Shown here: positions 24,886 to 35,759 of the stretch, piece by piece
How positions within the stretch are numbered: position 1 is the first letter of the stretch
Layout: each line of letters starts with the position of its first letter
Assembly (NCBI GenBank): GCA_002269645.1
Contig: NIVC01000445.1
Span: 186,001-250,000 of the forward strand
Length of the DNA stretch: 64,000 nt
Direction of reading: 5' to 3'
DNA from: Macrostomum lignano
Lineage: Eukaryota
Notes under the pieces: model-generated
The model's input: the letters and a program-made list of their open reading frames with translations, nothing else
Told to the model about the DNA's origin: nothing
Database searches by the model: none
Program-made: the position numbers and the translations under genes

Positions 24886-27800
24886 TCAGGCTTCACCGCA
24901 AGTGCGTTTGTGTCGCGCCATGTTTGTCGCCGATAACGTTCTTCCGCACTTGTCGCATTCTGCTGTCTTCCTTCGGTATTTTCTTGCTCTTCTCTTGTTC
25001 TCCTCCATCTCCGGTGGATTGTGGTGTTGTTCTTTACATGTCTTTCTGTGCCTTGCTAGGTTCGATTTTACGATTGTGCTTCCACATTGCTGACATTTTA
25101 CTCTTGACGCATCTATCTCCGTCTCGCCTTGGCACACCTTCTCATGGTTTGCCAGGGTCGCTTCCTGTCGGAACTCCTTGTCGCATTTGTGGCATCTGAA
25201 TTTCACCGGCTCTTTAAACACGCGATGCATCCTCTTTTGGTGGATGGTTAGTCCGCCCTTGCTTTTACACACTTTGCCGCAGAGTTCGTATTCGCATTTG
25301 AAGCCATCTCCAACCTCTCTCGGGTTCGTTTTTACGTGGTACCGTTCTTGACTTCGTTCGATCAGGCTGTTGTTACTGTCCGTCTTGGCCTTTTTTCCTT
25401 GCACTCTCTCCCACTCTTGTAGGTGTACAGTCCGCTGGTGTACTACGTTCCGCCAGTGTTTCCTGTCTAGAACGTGGCGTTCGATGTCTTGCGGTTCCAT
25501 ACCGGCTTCCCGGATGAGGCGCTTCCAGTAGGATATGGTGTTGTTTTTCCGTTTTTTGCGCTTAGGGATCCTTTCCAGGCCTCTGTACCACCCTAATACG
25601 GCTTGCTTTATTTGTCTGTCGTCTTCCATCCGTAGGACGTGGCCAATCCTTTTTAGGTGACTTTTCTCAATCTTTGTTCTTAATGACACAACACCTAGTT
25701 CGTTGCGGATATCTTGCATATTTACTCCTAGGCTTTCCATTTCGCGCAGCGGTTCCATTCTCTTGTTGGACCAAATGTTGCGGTATGTTTTGTCGATGAA
25801 CTGTTGCATTTTCTTGATTTCGCCGAGCAGGAACGGGCGGGTGTTCGCATGGAACAGGAGTACACTTTCCACGCACGCCTCGACCACTTTAGCTTGTGTG
25901 GTCTTTTTCAGGCGGCATCGATGGAACCTTTTCCTGATCGCATTCCACGCTTTGGCGGCTCTCTGGATTCTTTGCTGTGTGTCGTATCTCCTATCCATCC
26001 ACGACCCTAGGATGCGAGTTTTACCTCCGACGGATGTTCCTAGGGCCATCTCCTCCTGTTTCTCGTCATTTGTCAGTTCTTCGAACTTCTTCATATTCTC
26101 TTTGGTCGTTGTTAGGCTTCTCGTCAGTTCTCTGCCATTGCCTAGGATGGTGGTGTCGTCTGCAAAGAGCGATGAGGTCCACTTGACCGTTCGCATCTCC
26201 GAGTTGTACTGGTTGATTCTCTGAGGTGGCAAGGAGTGTCCAGGTAAGTACGTCCATTCCACCCCGCAGCTTAATCCTCTGCTGGCCGCTTCTGTCTCCC
26301 GAGTTTCTTCCGCTTTCCTGATGCTCGCCTGGTGGTAGATGTTAAATAATATCGGGGAAGTTGGGCATCCCTCGCGTAAGCCTCGCTCGGGTAGCCATGT
26401 TTCGCTTGATTTCTCCTTGCCTTGCACTTTATACGCGGTATGTTCATGCAGGTCTTTCAGTTTTTCGATCGTCTCTTGCGGCATCTTGTACGCTTGGAGG
26501 ATTCCCCACAGGATCGGCTTGCACACTCTCGGATATGCCTTACGGAGGTCTAGGAGGATAGCCGTTTCTGTGTCTTCGATGTTGCAGTCTCCTGATGCTC
26601 TTTTTGTTTCCAGGTACTCGGCAATGTCCTCGTGCATCCTGGTGAATATCTGTGCGTTGTCCGCCGTCGATCTTCCACTTCGGAAGCCGTTCTGGTTGTC
26701 ATCTAGCGCTCCTATCACTTCTGCCCAATTCCGGATTCTGGTAGCCAGAATGCGGGCTAGTATTCTGCTGAGCATAGGTAATAGACAGATTCCTCTGTAG
26801 TTATTCATGTCTGCTCGGTCTCCCTTCTTGAATAATGGAATAATGAGTCCAATTTTCTCGTTGTCATTCCATTTGTGCGCTCGCTCTTCAAACAGAAAGC
26901 GGATCCTTGCATACAGTTCTTTACGTACTGCGTCTGGGGCGATTCTAATGTATCTGATACGAAGTTCGTCCTCCCCGGGACTTCGGTCTTTCATTTCTTT
27001 AATGGCTGCTTCTATTTCAAGGTCCGTTGGGACTGTCGTCAGTTGTGTTCTTGTCTTTTCCGTATCTTCCTGTTCCTTCATGGTTTTGATTGATCTGATC
27101 AGTTCGGCTGTTTCGGTTTCCGGGTTTTCCAATCTAGTCCCTTGGATTCTTTCCAAATGGTTCTTGAAGTCATCTTCGTCAAAGTTGGTGTCTGTTCCGC
27201 TGTTGTTCCACTTTCCTCGCTTGTCCAACATCCTTAATTTCTCATAGACCACTGCGATCTGGCCTCTATCCGCGGCATTTCTGCATTCCTCAGCGATTGC
27301 GTCCCACCAGTTTTCCTCCCATTCCGCGAGCTTCTTTTTTATCTTTTTTCGGATAGTTGTAGTCGCTAGGCGGGCTAGGGTCGTCGCCGCCGAGGTGGGG
27401 TCTTCTCTGACGCATGCGTTGCGATGGGCCAGCGTTTCTGCCAGCTCTCTTTGTTGTGCCTCGTGTTCGTCCAGGTGGGGGGCCATCCACGGGTTCGTTA
27501 CTCGTGTCACCGTGCCGCATACGTGCCTTGCACTGTCGATGATTGAGTTTTGAACGTCTGTCCATTTCATGTCTGTGAGGTTCCTGTCCTGCTTCTCTCT
27601 TAGTTCTTCGAATCTTGTTAGTATTTCTTTTTTTAACTCAGATGCCTTGTTCTCGTCGTGGAGTTTCCTCCAGTCGATGTTCTTCCGCCTGCGTCTCGTC
27701 TGGTCCTTGACGTACTTGTTCCGTGTCCAGCCCCGAATTATGACGGTTTTGGGCAGGTGGTCCGACAAGTTGCACTTGTTGTGGTTCTTTATCGTTTTGA

Positions 27801-28443
27801 CCAGGCGGTGTCTGTCCTGCGCGCGAGTTATGAAGCCGTCTATCTCATACCACGTGCCGGTGCTTGGATTTCTCCAGGTTCCCCGGTTTTTTGACTTGTG
27901 GAACGAGTTGATCCAGGCTAGATCATTTGTCACTAACCAGTTTGCGAGGTCTTCGCCCTGCTGGTTGGTCAGTGCTAAGCCAAACTTTCCTCGATGTTGC
28001 GCGTCTGTGCTTTCAAATTTGCCAATCTGTGCGTTCATGTCACCGCCAATGATGATTGGTTTGTTCTTTCTTTCATTATGAATGTAACGTTCCAGGGTGT
28101 TTCTGAGCTCTGCTAGTTCCGTTTCGTAGTCCGGAGTGCCTCTAACTGGGCAGTACACGCTGATCAATGTCGCGTCGTATATTTCTATCATGATCGCTCT
28201 GTTCGTAATCTTCTTTTTTGATCCGCTGTCCTTCCACGTCTGGTACAATTCCTGGTTTAGGATGATGCCTGTTTTCTTGCCGTGAATCAGGAATGAATTT
28301 TGTTTCGGTTGGTGGTAACTTCTTATTCCGTCTGACGGTGCCGATAACTCCGAGATGAGGGCTACCTCCCAATTCTCACTCATAATCTTTTTGCGATCTC
28401 TCCAAAACGCGTGCCGAACATGTTTGCCCGCTGGACATTCCAT
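24886..28443 (-). CDS. RTE ORF: AP endonuclease + reverse transcriptase + four C-terminal zinc fingers; true N-terminus continues upstream in another frame (28380-28943)
   Basis: APE motifs GGDMNA, WYEIDG, SDH; RT motifs [33 protein letters not shown]; RIGHVLRM typical of RTE; APE motif ITTWNV lies in the upstream frame. Confidence 0.9.
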   Translation of the reverse strand: MECPAGKHVRHAFWRDRKKIMSENWEVALISELSAPSDGIRSYHQPKQNSFLIHGKKTGIILNQELYQTWKDSGSKKKITNRAIMIEIYDATLISVYCPVRGTPDYETELAELRNTLERYIHNERKNKPIIIGGDMNAQIGKFESTDAQHRGKFGLALTNQQGEDLANWLVTNDLAWINSFHKSKNRGTWRNPSTGTWYEIDGFITRAQDRHRLVKTIKNHNKCNLSDHLPKTVIIRGWTRNKYVKDQTRRRRKNIDWRKLHDENKASELKKEILTRFEELREKQDRNLTDMKWTDVQNSIIDSARHVCGTVTRVTNPWMAPHLDEHEAQQRELAETLAHRNACVREDPTSAATTLARLATTTIRKKIKKKLAEWEENWWDAIAEECRNAADRGQIAVVYEKLRMLDKRGKWNNSGTDTNFDEDDFKNHLERIQGTRLENPETETAELIRSIKTMKEQEDTEKTRTQLTTVPTDLEIEAAIKEMKDRSPGEDELRIRYIRIAPDAVRKELYARIRFLFEERAHKWNDNEKIGLIIPLFKKGDRADMNNYRGICLLPMLSRILARILATRIRNWAEVIGALDDNQNGFRSGRSTADNAQIFTRMHEDIAEYLETKRASGDCNIEDTETAILLDLRKAYPRVCKPILWGILQAYKMPQETIEKLKDLHEHTAYKVQGKEKSSETWLPERGLREGCPTSPILFNIYHQASIRKAEETRETEAASRGLSCGVEWTYLPGHSLPPQRINQYNSEMRTVKWTSSLFADDTTILGNGRELTRSLTTTKENMKKFEELTNDEKQEEMALGTSVGGKTRILGSWMDRRYDTQQRIQRAAKAWNAIRKRFHRCRLKKTTQAKVVEACVESVLLFHANTRPFLLGEIKKMQQFIDKTYRNIWSNKRMEPLREMESLGVNMQDIRNELGVVSLRTKIEKSHLKRIGHVLRMEDDRQIKQAVLGWYRGLERIPKRKKRKNNTISYWKRLIREAGMEPQDIERHVLDRKHWRNVVHQRTVHLQEWERVQGKKAKTDSNNSLIERSQERYHVKTNPREVGDGFKCEYELCGKVCKSKGGLTIHQKRMHRVFKEPVKFRCHKCDKEFRQEATLANHEKVCQGETEIDASRVKCQQCGSTIVKSNLARHRKTCKEQHHNPPEMEENKRRARKYRRKTAECDKCGRTLSATNMARHKRTCGEA

Positions 28444-28860
28444 GTTGTTATTCTCAGCTCGTTGTTTAATGTTTCTCTGCGTTTGTTAATCTTCTTCGTT
28501 CTTCTTGTTCCACGGCGTCGGGTTCTTCTGATTAGTCTGCTTTTCTTCTCTTTTTGGGTTTTCGGTCGTTTTGTGCTTTTTCTTGGGTTTTCGGATTCTT
28601 TCTTTGGTCTTTCCTTCCTGTTTGGTCCTGGGTTCTTCTCTACTGTCGTCAGCTGTGCTTTCACTTCCGCCGACCTTTGTTTCCGGCTTGGTCTTGTGCG
28701 GCTCTGCTGTTCCTCTAGCTCTCTACCTTTGTGCTGTCCACTGGTTTTTGCCTGGTTAATCTCGGTACCCAGGTCGGCTACTTCTGGGTACCACGAGTGA
28801 AAAGGGCCGGTGTCGTCGTACTGGCTTCCGCCAGTGGCTTCGATCCATGGTCCCTTCCGT

Positions 28861-28943
28861 TTGCTCCCTTCTTTGCCAAGACTTTTTCGGGTCTTGTCCA
28901 CTGGCCACCTCGTGAAGGTGGGGGAACAATCGGCCAGGCCAGA
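28861..28943 (-). ncRNA. Candidate HDV-like self-cleaving ribozyme at the RTE 5' end
   Basis: Manual fold: P1 CUGGCC/GGCCAG, P3 ACC/GGU with loop UUCACGA, J1/4 GG, P4 CAAGAC/GUCUUG, J4/2 GCAAA, P2 UUGUUCCC/GGGAGCAA. The P2-P3 junction is imperfect and the G1-U wobble is absent. Confidence 0.5.
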
Positions 28944-29335
28944 TCCATCCCCGTCTCCATCTCTGTCTCCATCCTCGTCTCCTTGCCCGTCTCCATCCCC
29001 GTCTTCATCCCTCCCGTCTCCATCCCTCCCGTCTCCATCCCCGTCTCCATCCCCGTCTCCATCCCTCCCCGTCTCCATCCCCGTCTCCATCCCTCCCCGT
29101 CTCCATCCCCGTCTCCATCCCCGTCTCCATCTCTGTCTCCATCCCCGTCTCCATCTCTGTCTCCATCCCCGTCTCCATCCCGTCTCCATCCCCGTCTCCA
29201 TCCCCGTCTCCATCTCTGTCTCCATCCTCGTCTCCTTGCCCGTCTCCATCCCCGTCTCCATCCCCGTCTCTATCCCCGTCTCTATCCCCGTTTGTATCCC
29301 CGTCTCCACCCTCGTCTTTATCCCCGTCTCCATCC
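28944..29335. repeat. 12-bp (CCCCGTCTCCAT)n array, right part
   Basis: Direct reading. Confidence 0.95.
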
Positions 29336-29376
29336 CGCACCCGGCTACCAGACAGCGTCCAGTTCCCACAGCCCAC

Positions 29377-29733
29377 CTGAAAGTGCAGCTGAGCTTCGGG
29401 CACCCCCGCCTCGCGACAGGCCTGATAAAACTTCGCCTTCAGCCTGGCCGCCTCTTTTAAGCCTTCGCTGTAGGCCCGGTTGCCTTCCTGCACGAAGTCG
29501 TCTCCAACGCTGCTCAAATGCGGCTCAGTCGGAGCTCGATGCGGCGGCTCCAGCACGAAGGCCAACACGGCGAAGTCTCCTGGCCGGTACAGGTTGGCCA
29601 GGAACCAGGACACTGCGCGGTCGCTGTGCTTCGAGCCGTCCACGGGCAGCAGGATCCGGCGGCTGGCGGGCGGTTCAGCTAGCTGCTGCGACGACGAAGC
29701 CACAGACGACATCGAGGAGGTCGACGAAGACAT
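29377..29733 (-). CDS. Universal stress protein (UspA-like), exon 1
   Basis: RRILLPVDGSKHSDRAVSW N-terminal USP motif; donor CAG|gtgggc at 29377 joins exon 2 in phase 0, giving a 199-aa protein with a 6736-bp intron. Confidence 0.9.
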
Positions 29734-29899
29734 GACTATGGATGATTGAGATTTCGGCCAGTTTGGTTTAACTGTTGGGGCAATGATGGGGGGTGCACGT
29801 GGCAGGTGTGCCGGTATGCTTTAAACAGCGATACGTACTGAGTGTCTAGCCTGCTCCATTGTGTCTGAAATGTCTTAATCCCTAGCGTCTCGAAAGTCT

Positions 29900-30375
29900 A
29901 ACACCATAACCATTTGTATCCTAAATGTATAACCTCTCTTGGGAAGACACTGAACCATTGTGTCTTGAATATATAACCTTCCTTGGGAAGACACACCGTT
30001 TGTGTCCTAAAAGTCTAACCTCTTGAGAAGACACTGACTGCTTGTTTTCTAAAAGTCTAACTTCTTGGAAAGACACTGACCCATTGTGTCTTGAATAGAT
30101 AACCTCTCTTGGGAAGACACTGACCGCTTGTGTCCTAAAAGTCTAACCTCTTGGGAAGACACTGACCGCTTGTTTTCTAAAAGTCTAACCTCTTGGAAAG
30201 ACACTGACCCATTGTGTCTTGAATAGATAACCTCTCTTGGGAAGACACTGACCGCTTGTGTCCTAAAAGTTTAACCTCTTGGGAAGACACTGACCGCTTG
30301 TGTCCTAAAAGTCTAACCTCTTGGGAAGACACTGACCGCTTGTGTCCTAAAAGTCTAACCTCTTGGGAAGACACC
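29900..30375. repeat. ~42-bp minisatellite upstream of USP
   Basis: Unit aacctcttgggaagacactgaccgcttgtgtcctaaaagtct. Confidence 0.9.
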
Positions 30376-32364
30376 AACTGTTTGTGTACTTTGACACAGA
30401 CGATAGAGTACTCGTACATCTTTTCTACAAAATCTGTTTCATCAGCCTGACAGTGGGTGGACGCAAGTCCTGTCATGAGATATGAGAAGGGCATCGGTAG
30501 GGCAACATCCTCCAAGATGCTCACTGGATCCATCTAGTCGCCTATCTTATTTATAATTCACAGTCACGTATTGCAATTACTTTAATTTGAAAGTTTTGCG
30601 TCTATTGAGGTTGCAGGGGTGGGGAATTGCTCCTCTCCGACACAACTAATCTCGCTGAAAGTTTGAAAGTGCCGTCATGCCCATTACGCTGACCCATGAG
30701 AACACGATCGCGCTCACACGGGGTGTACAACCGCCCTGACTTTCTCATTATCAGAAATGTACATTCTCTGTACCTTGGTTTTAGCTAGCGTGAGTCGCGA
30801 AGACCTCTTCAATTGGCAATGTCATTGGGAATTGGGAGGTGGCTTAGTCCTGGAGCCGACCGATCCTAGGTCAACTCAACGCTGCGAAATTCGAATAAAG
30901 AACGCCACTGTGCTCAAACACAGCAGGTCAGACTCCCGCGAAATTCACCGAAAGCGAAGCTAAGGCCTGAAAATCAGCCGAGGGACTGCAGCTTTACTGA
31001 ATAAAATTGCCGAGCTAATCTCTAATTTACATTGCGAATGACGGACAGGCCAACGTACAAAAAGCCGTCCCTCGCCTCGGGAATAGACGGGGCTGAGCCA
31101 GGCTCCTCTTGACCCTGATAGGCTGCGACAGGTCCTCTACTAGCCATTCATTGAGCCACGGCTGGTTCGCTCATCCGGGAAATACTAATCCTCCGTGCCC
31201 GGCTTTCATCGGCGGCATGTACAGTACTTGGGGAAGCCAAGTGAGAAAAAGGATTAGATTCGCAATCCATTATCAAAGGAAATTGCTGCGCGAGAATCAG
31301 ATGCAGAGGATGCAAAGAAGGCAGAATGTATAAGGCGAGAATTTACCAGTCCAGTCTGTTGGATTCTCAATCTAAGAAAAAACGAACTGGCCAAAGGAAA
31401 GGCGAGTTTCCTTGCGCCTGCAATCAGCTGAGGCAGCCGAGCTCGTCAGAATGAAATAATTAAAGGCAACTTCAGAGGAGAACAGGCGAGAGAAGGAGAG
31501 GAGAGAGTAGAGCAGGTGGCCATGAGGGGCCCGCGTTGCATTCATAAATATTTTCGCGGGCGAGGCAATTTTTGGACAATCCCTCTGTCTGCCTGCAGGC
31601 GCATGATGCGATCCGGGATGACCGAAGCAAGGACCTCCATAGACATCTGGATTTGAAACGCAAACGCATCCGTCCAATCAAAAATCTGTGATTGTCAGCT
31701 GATTGAAAACTATCTAGCAGCGCAGGCAGCAGGCAGGCTGTGTGTGGCGACCCCCAGTCCTTGGACTGAACAGCCGTACACAGCCTTCAGATGCGCCGCG
31801 CAATAGCTGCGGCTGAGCTGTCGGTTGCACATCTGGCCATCAGCCAGGTGTAACCAATTAAAATTGTAGATAGGCTTGAAAATTATAACAATAACAAACT
31901 ATTCCAATAGTTAGTTTATTAAACTATTAGTTCTTTTAGTCGTTGAGGTCGCGACAATCAGCTCGTAATCCAAAGAAAGAGGCAGCCTTGTGCGTGGGCA
32001 AGTAAGACTTTAATATTTGGAACCCATACTTATACAGGCACTGGAATTTGGATGCAGCTGTTATGCACGAACTGCCTCAGTTCAGCCTCATTCTCTATAA
32101 GCAGAGAGAAGGCTTAAGAGAGGTTTCTAATTAAGAAACTGTTTCAACACAAGACTATGCCTTTTCCCAAAAGACGAGAGGCCTTAAAGAAGAGAAGTCT
32201 CAGAGGGAGGCTTCTTTTTGTTTTGCTTACTTCGTGCTTAATTTCTAGGAAATCAAATTCGGATTTGCGTGGAAATCAAATTTCGCGAAAAAGTGCAAAT
32301 TGCATGCGCTACTGAACAGGGGAAAGCATAAGTGTAGATTTCATATACTAGTGTAGCTAACTCG

Positions 32365-32680
32365 GAAGTGACAAGCTGGTCAGTGGAGTGACAAGCTGGT
32401 CAGTGGAGTGACAAGCTGGTCAGTGAAGTGACAAGCTGGTCAGTGGAGTGACAAGCTGGTAAGTGGAGTGACAAGCTGGTCAGTGGAGTGACAAGCTGGT
32501 CAGTGGAGTGACAAGCTGGTCAGTGGAGTGACAAGCTGGTAAGTGGAGTGACAAGCTGGTCAGTGGAGTGACAAGCTGGTAAGTGGAGTGACAAGCTGGT
32601 CAGTGGAGTGACAAGCTAGTAAGTGGAGTGACAAGCTGGTAAGTGGAGTGACAAGCACACTGGTCAGTGGAGTGACAAGT
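32365..32680. repeat. 20-bp minisatellite (GGAGTGACAAGCTGGT(C/A)AGT)n
   Basis: Direct reading. Confidence 0.95.
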
Positions 32681-35600
32681 AGACCAATTGTGTTAGCAAC
32701 TCACTCGCGAGCTAATAAACTTACCAGTCAGAAATTCTGCTTCTCCAATCTCCCAGTCCGGTGTGTTTCAAAATCAAATAAAAAAATACAAACTGGGAGC
32801 TGAGAACACAACACACTCCGCAGTCATTACCCAGATATGCTTTTAATTCGCGGGCTTCGGCCCTTATTTTTGCTGGCTACATTACAGAACCGTTGAAGAA
32901 GCAAATGAAGAGAGGAGAGCCCAGTTCCTAGCTGTGTGCATTTATATGCATTCTCTTTGCCTGGTAAAATAGCACACTGTACAATCAGGCTGGGTCACGC
33001 GGGTTTGGGGATAGGTTTGGAGAAGCGGGGGACGACAGGAAAGTACAGTTCAGCGAAAAACCTAAATTATATATATAAATACCGTATCTACATTCAGCTG
33101 GGCTGTTCATGCATGCCTTAGTCTCGTGTCACTATTGTACGCGAAATAAGAATTGCTTGCACGCAGGACTGTCAAATTGTACTTTTATTTTCTTCGCGTC
33201 TTCAATGAGTCTCGCGGAATTCTCTCCAGCTTTCTTAGCTAGTGAACTTGTCGGCCTGTTTTTATTGCTGGAATTAATTGTCGATGCATGAATTCCATTT
33301 TTTTAAAGCTGAGGTAACTTTCGGGAGACACCAAAAGAAAAGAATAAGTTTTTTAAATAAACTACATGTTGCTTTGGACAATTTTACAATCACTGCTGTT
33401 TGTTTCTTAAGGAAAATGATGTTTAAAACAAAGATAGCATCTGCACGGAAAGCCAGCCTATCTAGCTTAAGATATCTCAGCAATCCGATAAATTCCTATT
33501 CGTGCAGCTTTTGTAGTTGAAAATTCATGTTAGCTGGAGTGAGCGAGTGTACTTTTTTGTACTTGTATTTAGATGAGGATGTGCTAGTCTTCGATTATAA
33601 TTATTAATCAATCGTTCCTGAAGTATGCAAAGACGATGGAAATTCAATTTCAGTTTGTGCAAATTTGAATTAAATATGCTGGTACATCATAGCTCGTAGC
33701 TTTTCCATGCCTTACCAATACCTGTAGCATGTAATGATTTAGGCATCAGATAAACTAATTTTTTCTTTTGTTAAAGCTTTTCGGACGATAAAATCAAACA
33801 AACCGAGACTCATAATCGTGATTGAATTCTTTGATAAAGTAGCTAGAAAAAGAATATTCAAGTCGGTAAAAAGAGCAACTGCCAAGATTTTCTTCTAACC
33901 TTGCGTAAGATGGTTATGATTATAAATAAATATTTTTGTTCAAATATGCGGCAGGCATCACTTGCAACACACCGTAATGAAGCAGTTGCAATAGCCACTT
34001 TGGGACCTGTTTAGCATTTGATTTTCAATGAATCAATTAAATTATTCACTGTATTTCCAGGAAATCTTTTAGGAGCTCTTTGACCTTTTGTCGAGACAAA
34101 GTGATGTGCGGCTTGTTTTGTTGACTTCACACCTTGAACAAGATCCAGATTGTACCGAGCTCCGGTCTTCCAATCCGGCTCAGCTCAGCCCTCGATCGAC
34201 TGATCCGTCACTGCAGTCTGCTCGCCAGGGGGACGTTCTCTAGATCGGGACGGCAGGGATCGACATTATCAAATTCCTAGATGCAGGATTCTATCTATAA
34301 ATGTACTACAATCAGACTCTCAGAGAGGGAAAATTTTCTATTGGGGAGACAAAGGATAGATACTGTAACCTGTAGGAGCTGAGAAAGAAGAAAACAAACG
34401 GGGCAGATGCATGTACATGTACAACTATGTGGAAAGGAAATTCCTTTTCTACTGGTAGTAGCTGTAAGAGCCGTACAGCTGGGGAAGGATCTGAATGTGC
34501 CGTCAAATCACATCACATCAAATCACTACAGTTTTAAGTAGTCCCTGCATCAAAACAGAAAATCCTTCACCACAAACAAGCTGCAAGAACGTTCTCAGAA
34601 ATTCGCGGCTTTAAACTATTATCCTTTACGTTCTAAAATAATTTTTTATTCAGAATGCTGACATTGTTGACAATGTGTATGTACAAATTGTAGATATGCA
34701 AAATCAGTGTAAAACATTCGAATTTCTACAATCCGTTTTAACTAGTTTTGTTGCTAATATTTATGCGTAGACAAATTGTTTTGTTACCAATAATAAAAAA
34801 GAATATTTTACTTCTTTAATAAATAGTTTAAATAAAATGAAAATTAGAAACTGACTATCGAAGTAAATTTCAAATTTTCTTTCCTCGAAATGGTCTTAAG
34901 GGCCTTTTCATATTGCTTGCTCTGGTTCCAGAACCAGAACCAATTTGTGAAGTATAACTTTTTGTCTCCATAACTAGAGGGAGATACGTGCTATAAAGTT
35001 TTTATTATTGAATGACAATCGCCAAGAAGAAAGTGAAAAATTGTGCTAAGTTAGGTTGTTAAGCCAGTCAAATATTAACAGAGTTTAATAGTTACTAGCA
35101 ATCTAGTGCGGCCCCCCTTCGGGGCGCCCAATAAGAAAGGAGCAAAAATAGTTCATGGAAAACAATAAAAAAACACATTTTCTTAAACACTAATTCCTTC
35201 TTCACATTTTAAAAATCACCTTATTCGTGTAAAATTGTCACGGACTAAGATGTTTGCAAAATTAAAAAATCACTTTTTCTCTAAAATTAACAAACAGTCA
35301 ACAAAATATCGTTTCCCTAAATAGAAAATATTCCCAAGACAGCAAGCAACCCCCTCCAAAAGTGAACAATCGCAGATAGCAAGCATCCTCTAATGCTCAT
35401 AGCAAGAATCACCACAGATAGCAAGCACCCCCCAGATATTATAGAAGCATCCTGCAGATAGCAAGCACCCCCAGATATTATAGAAGCATCCACCCAGATA
35501 GCAAGCATCCTGCAGATAGCAAGAATCCCTAAATAGCAAGCATCCCTGGATTGAAAGAATCCCATGCATGTAGCCAGCACCCCCTCTCCCAAATAGCAAG

Positions 35601-35759
35601 TATCCCCCCTCGAGAGCAAGCATCCACGAGACAGCAAGTAGCTAGTGCAAATGTTACTTCCGCTAATGCAATATTCGCTTTCTCAGGTTGTGCAACAATC
35701 CACGTCTCAGCGAGCGCAATAATCTCTTTTTTAGACAGCGCAGTAATCAGCTTCTCAGC

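Larger units (their letters stand above)
24842..28943 (-). mobile_element. RTE-type non-LTR retrotransposon, apparently full length (~4.1 kb)
   Basis: Single APE-RT ORF without RNase H, ~45-nt 3' UTR, (GAA)n tail at 24842-24851, and sharp junctions with the same minisatellite on both sides. Confidence 0.88.

Noticed and set aside
28944-29369. ORF 28380-29369 as a separate gene or LINE ORF1
   Set aside because: Its N-terminal half is the flanking minisatellite and USP intron; only 28380-28943 belongs to the element and is the frameshifted start of the single ORF.
30600-35090. Additional gene or transposase between USP and the Helitron chain
   Set aside because: Only short, stop-interrupted frames with no motif I recognise.
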